From: Eledone cirrhosa
Taxonomy: Eukaryota
Length of the DNA stretch: 64,000 nt
NCBI GenBank assembly: GCA_964016885.1
Contig: OZ024746.1
Span: 32,798,001-32,862,000, forward strand
Direction: 5' to 3'
The position numbers and the translations under genes were made by a program. Below, one piece after another: positions 56,501 through 64,000 of the stretch. Numbering within the stretch: position 1 is the stretch's first letter; each line of letters begins with the position of its first letter. The notes beneath the pieces are model-generated. The model ran no database searches. It had not been told where the DNA came from and saw only the letters and a program-made list of their open reading frames with translations.

Positions 56501-58457
56501 ATGGCTAATTCACCTCTGCACGAAGCAGCTGAAAGCCTTCCTCACAAAATAACACCTCACACCGACACCACAATTGTAAATGTTACTACGTTTGCCAACA
56601 CAAAAAAAAATATAAGCAGTAGCAATATCTTAAATTTGTCTCAGGCAGACATTCATTTCCCGCCATTACCAATGACTGCAGGTGTTAAAGCCTCCACCAC
56701 CACCACCACCGCGACAACCACCACCCCCACCACCACCGCGACAACAGAAACAAAAGAAGAAAAAATAAATTAACTCGTGATGTCGAAATGAAATCAAGCA
56801 AAATGGACTCTTCCGCACCAAAGACGACTGACGTCACCACCACCACAACTGAAACTAAAATTAATATTAACACAAATAACGATAGCAACAACAACAATGA
56901 CATTATAAAACCGACTCTCAGTTTCGCCATAGTAGCAAAACAGTTCGAAGCATTCACGGTAACTCAGGAGGATTTAGAAAATGCCAAACAAATGGTAAAG
57001 AAAGATGGATACAGGGTCAGCCTCACCCCCCACCTAATAAAATGGAGCATCGGCGCCTATGCACCGTGTCGTATAGAACAATAAATGTAAAATCGCGCCG
57101 AGTGGAACGGGCATCCGAGTCCCAAATCCAAAAAGCTTTGGGACATGTGTGGGCAAGAAAAACCCACATCAGACGTGGGCAAAAGTATGGAACCGTGGAT
57201 GTGTTCTTTGAAACACCAGAGGAGGCTAGAGAACACTCCATGGCCTCATTACAAAGTGACGACTTCACACTCGTCCCAAGCTACTGTGGCCAGAGACTCG
57301 TAAAGATCAGGGTGACCCACGTTCCACCGGCCATCGAAATTCCCTGGCTAATAGCGGCTGTCCTCGCCGGCATCGAAGCCAACACGAAAATAATAGCAAT
57401 AGCAAAAGAAAAGCAGGAAAACTGGTCCGGATCTGGGATGGAGCTCCTGATCCAAGCGGACCAAAAACCATTGAGGAGATCCCAGAGGTAATAGACCTCA
57501 CTGACGGCAGCCACCTCACGGTAATTGTCGAGGGCAGAAGACCTAGGTGTGTCGTTTGTGGTGAAGGAACCCACCTAAGGGCTTTCTGCCCTCAGGCTAA
57601 AAGGTTGAGGCCACCTCTCCTACCCACCCCAGTGACACAACCATCAACACCACCAGTAGCAGAGATGGCAGCAACAACTGTAGCAGCAACAACAGAAGCA
57701 ACTATAACAGCAACAACCCCAGCAACAGTAGCAAAACCAACACCACCACCACCCAACGCGCCAGGACTAGCACCAGCGCCTACACCATCCACCACAACCA
57801 AAACTAACGGCTGTGGAGGATTTTCCACTCCCCGGCCTATCACAACTGGAGACAGATTGTGACGACGAGGAGTGGGAAACGATATCCGGAAAAAAAAAAA
57901 GAAACGAAAAAAGAAAAAATTCTCTTCCTTCCGCCTCCAAAAACAAAATACAGAGGGAAACAAATAAATTAACAAACAAAAAAGTTAGGACAGATATGCC
58001 ACCATCCACACCAGCATCACCAACCCCATCAACCCAAACACCAACACCATCACCATCATTAACCCCAGCACCACCATCACCTACACCACAAAAGTCACCA
58101 AAATGCGAAACAGAAACAAACCCACAACAAACGCAAACAAAACAAAACAACCAAAACGATACACACTACACAGCATTAAATTTGAACAACAAGCAATTAT
58201 TACACTACATCCAACACAACACCAGCATCACAGAAAAAGACTACACAACAACCCCAAAATTCACACCACCCCCACACATACAAATCACTCGCATCACACA
58301 GAAAACGTACATGACACTAAAACAAAAATTCCCCAAAGACATCGGAGACTTCCGACAAGCACTCTCCAGGAGGATTTATAAGGACATCCTTCCTGAGGAG
58401 GCCACAAGCAGTGAAAAGGATGGAAAAACCGTCCTTCCTCTACGAGAAGTAAGGTAA
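56501..58457 (+). pseudogene. Tx1-like ORF1 (gag-like, CCHC knuckle), split by about 4 frameshifts
   Basis: Consecutive frames 56501/56788/57042/57605/57813; CVVCGEGTHLRAFC (CX2CX4HX4C) at 57548-57589. Confidence 0.75.
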
Positions 58458-58491
58458 GTTGTCTTTCCCATCTTTTCCACTCCTTTTCAAC

Positions 58492-61400
58492 ATGACCTCA
58501 CTCAGAATAGGCAGCATAAATGCGCGTGGCTTGGGGTCGTCATGGAAGCAGGGCCACCAGCTCAACGACCTCAGGTCACTAAACATAGATGTAGTGGCCA
58601 TCAGCGAGACCAGAATCTCCGAAGCACAGGCTTTCGCACCGATCTTCGGCGGCTACGATGTGTACGCATCTCCCAGCCGTCCGGGATCGGGGGGAGGAGT
58701 TGCTGTGCTTTTTCGGAGAGGTTTGGATCTCGCCATACGGGCCATCTTCCTGGACCCAGAGGGTAAGCTGGTGGTGCTGGACGTGACCAGCGGAGACGGG
58801 CAAGCTTTCAGGCTAGTGGCCGTCTATGCCCCGACAGGAGCAGGGCGGCCTGATTTCTTCCGGCGTCTGGAGACCTTTCTTGGAACGTCCCGCTCTTTAG
58901 TGTTAGTGGGCGACTGGAACGGGATCTTAGATGCACGCTGGGACTGTGTGGGATTAGCGGATAGGGGTGGAGGGTGCAAGAGCCTCACCAACCTGCTCAG
59001 GCGTTTTGAACTGTCTGACAGGTACCGATTGGATTTCCCGAATGTGCCAATGTGGACTTGGACAAACCGCATAGGGTCATCCAGATCATATCTAGATAGA
59101 GTATTTTGTAGGGAAATAGATAGGTCTAGCATAGGCTGTCCACAATTCAAGATAGTCAGCTACACGGACCACAAATTCGTGATCTGTGTGCTTGACTTAG
59201 ATAGGCTTCATAGACGAGGACCCGGCTACTGGAAGCTAAACGCGTCCTTACCAGCGCGCAAGGCCTACAGAGACCGGATTAGCGAACTAGTTAAGCGGGC
59301 GTTGACGGGGGCCATCGTCAACAACAAGTGGTGGTTTGCTCTGAAAAGAGCGATTAGAATAGAATCGATTAGGTTTAGTAAGGCTTTAGCAATAGAGAAA
59401 AATAGAGCAGAGGGAGAACTAGTTAGAAAATTAGACGAGGCGCTTAGCAAAGGCATTGCGACCGACGTGCTTGCGGCGAAATTGGCCCTTGACCAATTCT
59501 TCAATGCAAAGCACGAAGGCTGCGTTGTCAGAGCTAGGGTGCGTGCTCTCAGACACGAGGGGACGAAAGCCGTTCAATGGGCCCGAGTGGCGGAGGCGCG
59601 TCGTGGCAACAAAGCCACGATCCGGTCTTTGGTGGACCACGACGGGCGCATGCTACTCGATCCCGGGCAAATGTGTGAAGCTTTTCAGCGACACTTCGCT
59701 CAGCTGTTCGGGGGCAGCGGGGGGCCGGGTAGAGGGATGGACTTTAGTGTCTACCTCGACGGACTGCCGCGGCTCTCGGCCACTGAGGCGAAGTGTTGCG
59801 AAAAGCCGATAACAGCCGCTGAAGTACGGGAGGCAATGACTGGCTGCACAAGGGGTAAATCGCCTGGTTTGGATGGTCTGCCCTATGAACTTTACGTACA
59901 GATGCCAGACTTGTTCGGAGGCCTCTTGGCGGACGTCTACTGCAACTGGCAACAGAACGGGAGAATTCCCAGTTCTGTGAGCCGAGGAGCGGTGGCACTG
60001 CTGAGAAAGGATCCGAACAAGGGGGATAACATAGACAATTTCCGGCCCATAACTCTGCTAAACACAGAGTTTAAGATTTTGGCCAAGGTGCTAGCAAAGA
60101 GGTTGGCGCTTGTCGTTGGTGGTCTGGTGGGAGAGGCGCAGACATGCGCCATTCCCGACAGATCCATCCACGACAACCTCCACCTCATGCGATACATCGT
60201 AGAGAGGGTAGCTAGGGAACCTGGCACGGGTGGGTCCTTGATCAATTTAGATCAGTCGAAAGCTTTCGATAGGGTCGACCATCGTTACCTAGCGGCAGTC
60301 CTGAGGGCGGCTGGCTTTGGGCCCGTCTTCAGAGGCTGGATCGCTGCCATGCACAGCGACATCTGCTCTGTGGTGAGAGTGAACGGTCACCTGTCGGAAC
60401 CGTTCAACATCATGCGCTCGGTCCGCCAAGGATGTCCCCTCTCGTCCCTCTTGTACGTATTGACTCTCGAGCCATTACTGCACAAACTGGAGACGTTGAG
60501 GGGAGTCCCGCGCGAACTAGGATGCGGAAGATCCGTGTCAGCATATGCGGACGATGTCACCGTAGTGGTGTCGAACGCCAAACACATCGAGGCGATCGGC
60601 ACTACACTAAGAGAATACGAAGCGGTGACAGGAGCAATGATCAACCAGGAAAAGTCAGTGGGCCTGCAGCTCGGCACCTGGAGAGGCAGGTCCATGCCGT
60701 CCAACAGCGTCGTCGGGCGCTGGACGGACGGACCGGTTAAATTGCTAGGGGTCTGGTTCGGTCCGGACCTCCAGACGGACAAAAACTGGGACGAGGTGAC
60801 GAGCAGGGTGGCTTCTCTCACCCAGAAATGGGCGGAGAGGAAGCTATCCCTGAAAGGTCGAGCGGAGGTGGCTAACGCGTACATCGCGTCTGTCATCTGC
60901 TACCGCCTAACCGTCGTACCTTGTCCTAAGCCTCGCCTGACTGCGCTGGAGCGTTTGCTCTTTCGCTTTTTGTGGAAGGGACGTGCTCCGATGGTCAGGC
61001 GGTCCACCTGTTGTCAACACCCGCTACGTGGAGGGCTGGGCATGCCGTGGCTGATGATGCGCAGGCACGCGCTCAGGCTACGACATCTCCACCTCTTCCT
61101 CGACGGTGATCAGGTGTGGTCGCCGTTTGCTAGACGCGTTTTTCCCCAGCTCGTTTCCTTGACGGAGCTGCAGTCCTGGGTCAAGCGAAGACCGAGAGGG
61201 AGCGCCTGGAGACTGGAATGTCTTCAGGCGCTCACAGCCCTCGACCAATCGGGCAATGTGATCGGTGGAAGCTCCACCTCGGCGTTCTATAGAGGATTAG
61301 TGGAGGGGAAGAGCGACGACGTACTTGGGGAAACTCTAGGCGTCGACGAAAATCAACTAGCCAATCTCTTCGGAAGAACTTTCGGGCCGGGGCCTATGGA

Positions 61401-61911
61401 CAACTTCCAGAAATCTCTGGCCTGGCAGTGCTACCGAGGAGCCTTGCCAGTTCGGGATAAACTCTACAGGCATGGAGGTGCCGTCAGCCGGGCATGTCCG
61501 AGATGCGCGCAGGGCGACGAAACCGTCCTGCACGCACTCGTCCAGTGTCCGAAAATTGCTGACTTGTGGGTTTATGTCGAACACCTGCTGTCGCGTTTAG
61601 GACGGATCCAGCTATCATCTGAGTCTATCGTGAGGATTGCCCCGCCCTCCTCCTTTAGCCGGGAAGGGCAGGCAGTTTTTATCTGTCTGGTGGCCATGGC
61701 GAAAGAGATAGTATGGTGGACACGTTTGAAAGGGCTGAAGACGAGCACTTACCTCTTCGGTGATGCTCTGATTGACTTTTTCAAATTTCATTTGAAAAGG
61801 AAAATCAGAGTAGAGAAGGAAGTGCTCTCTTCCCAGCATTTTGTTGAAAGATGGGTGAGAGAAGCAAGAATGGCCCGAGTGAATGGGCCGACTCTGAGTA
61901 TATATCTGTAA
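58492..61911 (+). CDS. Tx1-like ORF2: AP endonuclease, reverse transcriptase and C-terminal Zn finger (~1139 aa from first ATG)
   Basis: SINARGL, ISET, VYAP, VGDWN, YLDR, TDH; KSPGLDG, FRPITLLN, LDQSKAFD, VRQGCPLS, AYADD; CPRC...ETVLHALVQC; uninterrupted. Confidence 0.95.
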   Translation: MTSLRIGSINARGLGSSWKQGHQLNDLRSLNIDVVAISETRISEAQAFAPIFGGYDVYASPSRPGSGGGVAVLFRRGLDLAIRAIFLDPEGKLVVLDVTSGDGQAFRLVAVYAPTGAGRPDFFRRLETFLGTSRSLVLVGDWNGILDARWDCVGLADRGGGCKSLTNLLRRFELSDRYRLDFPNVPMWTWTNRIGSSRSYLDRVFCREIDRSSIGCPQFKIVSYTDHKFVICVLDLDRLHRRGPGYWKLNASLPARKAYRDRISELVKRALTGAIVNNKWWFALKRAIRIESIRFSKALAIEKNRAEGELVRKLDEALSKGIATDVLAAKLALDQFFNAKHEGCVVRARVRALRHEGTKAVQWARVAEARRGNKATIRSLVDHDGRMLLDPGQMCEAFQRHFAQLFGGSGGPGRGMDFSVYLDGLPRLSATEAKCCEKPITAAEVREAMTGCTRGKSPGLDGLPYELYVQMPDLFGGLLADVYCNWQQNGRIPSSVSRGAVALLRKDPNKGDNIDNFRPITLLNTEFKILAKVLAKRLALVVGGLVGEAQTCAIPDRSIHDNLHLMRYIVERVAREPGTGGSLINLDQSKAFDRVDHRYLAAVLRAAGFGPVFRGWIAAMHSDICSVVRVNGHLSEPFNIMRSVRQGCPLSSLLYVLTLEPLLHKLETLRGVPRELGCGRSVSAYADDVTVVVSNAKHIEAIGTTLREYEAVTGAMINQEKSVGLQLGTWRGRSMPSNSVVGRWTDGPVKLLGVWFGPDLQTDKNWDEVTSRVASLTQKWAERKLSLKGRAEVANAYIASVICYRLTVVPCPKPRLTALERLLFRFLWKGRAPMVRRSTCCQHPLRGGLGMPWLMMRRHALRLRHLHLFLDGDQVWSPFARRVFPQLVSLTELQSWVKRRPRGSAWRLECLQALTALDQSGNVIGGSSTSAFYRGLVEGKSDDVLGETLGVDENQLANLFGRTFGPGPMDNFQKSLAWQCYRGALPVRDKLYRHGGAVSRACPRCAQGDETVLHALVQCPKIADLWVYVEHLLSRLGRIQLSSESIVRIAPPSSFSREGQAVFICLVAMAKEIVWWTRLKGLKTSTYLFGDALIDFFKFHLKRKIRVEKEVLSSQHFVERWVREARMARVNGPTLSIYL

Positions 61912-62171
61912 ACTAAAGGTGGAAAACTGGGAGAGGGCACTTGCCTTGGTGGTCAGGGTCATTGTGGCTTTTTACTGGGCTTTCTCCACAAATGTCCCTC
62001 CGAAGTCTCCCCCCTATTGGGGAATTTTTCATTGTTATTTTCATTGTTATTTTTGTTACATCCTCTGTTTTTGTTTTTTTACACGCAGAAATGCCCATTT
62101 GTACCGTCCTGCATTGTCCTGCACTGTCCTTAATGTCTACTTTATGTAAACCCTTGTGGTTAATAAAGAAA

Positions 62172-62224
<53 letters not shown>

Positions 62225-62226
<2 letters not shown>

Positions 62227-64000
62227 AGTTGCATTTATCTTGCTTTATGTTCATACGAGTTATCACCAAGTCACAACCAGTGACCTCAAGAGACAACAAG
62301 GTCCGCCATGTTCAAGAAAGAACATACATACTCACACATGCATCTTTAGTGTTTAGACTTGTGATGTACTTATATTGACAGAATCTTTCTTAGTATATGG
62401 GCAGTTCCTATTAGTACTATCTTTTGTATTTCTCCTATACGCGGGTTTCCTGGGATTTGCGATAAGCAATCATTAGACCCCTTAGGTATCATTCCCAGAG
62501 CGCCTACAACCACTGGTATTGTTTTAGTTCTCAATTTCCACATTTTTCCAATTTCTATCTCCAGGTCCTTATACTTGCTCAATTTTTCAAATGTTTTTAT
62601 AGATACATTCTCGTCTATTAGAACAGACATATCAATTAGCAGGCATACCCTCTTTTTAAAGTCCTTCAATATTATATCAGGTCTATTTGCATCTTTTTTT
62701 CGGTCTGTTTGGATGCTAAAGTTCCACAAGATTGAGATGTGATCTTTTTCAAGTATGGGAGGTGGTTGATGCTCCCACCAATTCTTTTGATGGGGCAGGT
62801 CAAAATGCTTACACATTATCCAATGTATGTATTGTGCAGCTCTGTCATGCCTGTTTAGGTATTCGGTTGGAGCTATAGGACTGCAAATTGAAATTATATG
62901 GTCAATGGTCTCTGGTTGTTTTTTGCATACACGGCATAATGGGTTGCATCCATTTTTTATTATGTTGGCTTGGTAATCTTTTGTTGGCAGACACTGATCT
63001 TGTGCTGATATAATCAGTCCTTCAGTCTCCAATTTCAGTCCAGAGGATGCCAACCACTGATGGGTTAAAGTTTTGTCAACATCAGGATTGTTAGCTCGCT
63101 CTGGGTATTTTCCATACAGAGGCTTTTCTTGCCATTTCTTAGCCAGTTTCTGTAGCAGTTCTTTCTTTGCAGTTACTTTTACCTGCTTTTCTTTTTCTGT
63201 GTTTTCCATTTCAGCAGTAAATGGGACTTCTGAAATCTGAAGTCCATTACTGTATCTTTGTGCATCTTTTGTAATGGAATATGATCTTTTGATGCTTTCG
63301 TGTTTCAAAACGAGTTTGATCATCCAATCATGTGATTCCCTTAGATATGTAGATAATCCAATTGTTGCAGTTTTCAACGCAATGTCTAACTGGATTAACC
63401 CACGTCCTCCTTCTTTCCTAGGGAGATATATTCTATCTGTATCTGCCTTAGGGTGATGCATTCTGTGCATGGTTAAGAATTTTCGAATTTTTGTATCGAG
63501 CCTACGGATCTCTGTGCTTGACCAGTTGATGACATTGTAACTGTAGGTTACTACTGGTATGGCAAGCGTGTTTATGGCATCGATCCTATTCCTTGCATTC
63601 AATTCCGTTCTTAAGATTGCTCTTACTCTGCGGTAACATTCCTTCCTTATCCTTTCCCTCATTGTCGAGTGCTTGATTCCGTCTCCTTCACAAACACCTA
63701 GATATTTGTAAATTTTTTCTTGATCAAGTTCTCTTATCACGTTCCCCCGATCAAGATTAATGTCTGAACTCTTCAGCAGCTTTCCTCTGGTGAACGTTGC
63801 TTTGGCGCATTTATCTAGTCAAAACTCCATTTTAATGTCATCACTGAACTGATCCACAGTGGATAATAGACCTTGCAATTGTTCATCATTTTTTGCAAAT
63901 AGTTTCAGGTCATCCATGTAGAACAAGTGATTAATGGTTTTGTCATAGACTTTATATCCATGTTTTACTTAATGGTATAAGTGCGATGCAGAATAAAAGC
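62225..64000 (-). pseudogene. Dong/R4-like family 2 copy, apparently identical to 51655-53430; runs off the window
   Basis: 456-aa ORF identical to 51799-53169; same stop and same deletion. Confidence 0.92.

Larger units (their letters stand above)
56291..62175 (+). mobile_element. Apparently full-length Tx1-like (L1 clade) LINE inserted in (ATT)n
   Basis: 5'UTR, ORF1 with Zn knuckle, ORF2, 3'UTR with AATAAA; (ATT)n on both flanks. Confidence 0.92.

Overview
Repeat-dominated, AT-rich animal genomic DNA with no host protein-coding gene I can support. The microsatellite density and the SINE/RTE repertoire suggest a cephalopod such as Octopus (inference). Most ORF-track entries are translations of (TA)n/(CA)n/(ATT)n. 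Real coding capacity is transposon-derived: a near full-length L1-clade Tx1-like LINE (56291-62175, intact APE-RT-Zn finger ORF2), six Dong/R4-like RLE retrotransposon segments stacked in (ATT)n (49500-64000), Penelope-like (PLE) GIY-YIG fragments, and RTE and CRE-like remnants. The most striking signal is a set of short microsatellite-embedded PLE-derived elements. They carry hammerhead-ribozyme (HHR) cores, share a covarying 3' stem-loop, and repeatedly fold back into palindromes at or beside the HHR hairpin. The abundant tRNA-derived SINE also appears to share its 3' terminus with the Tx1 LINE.
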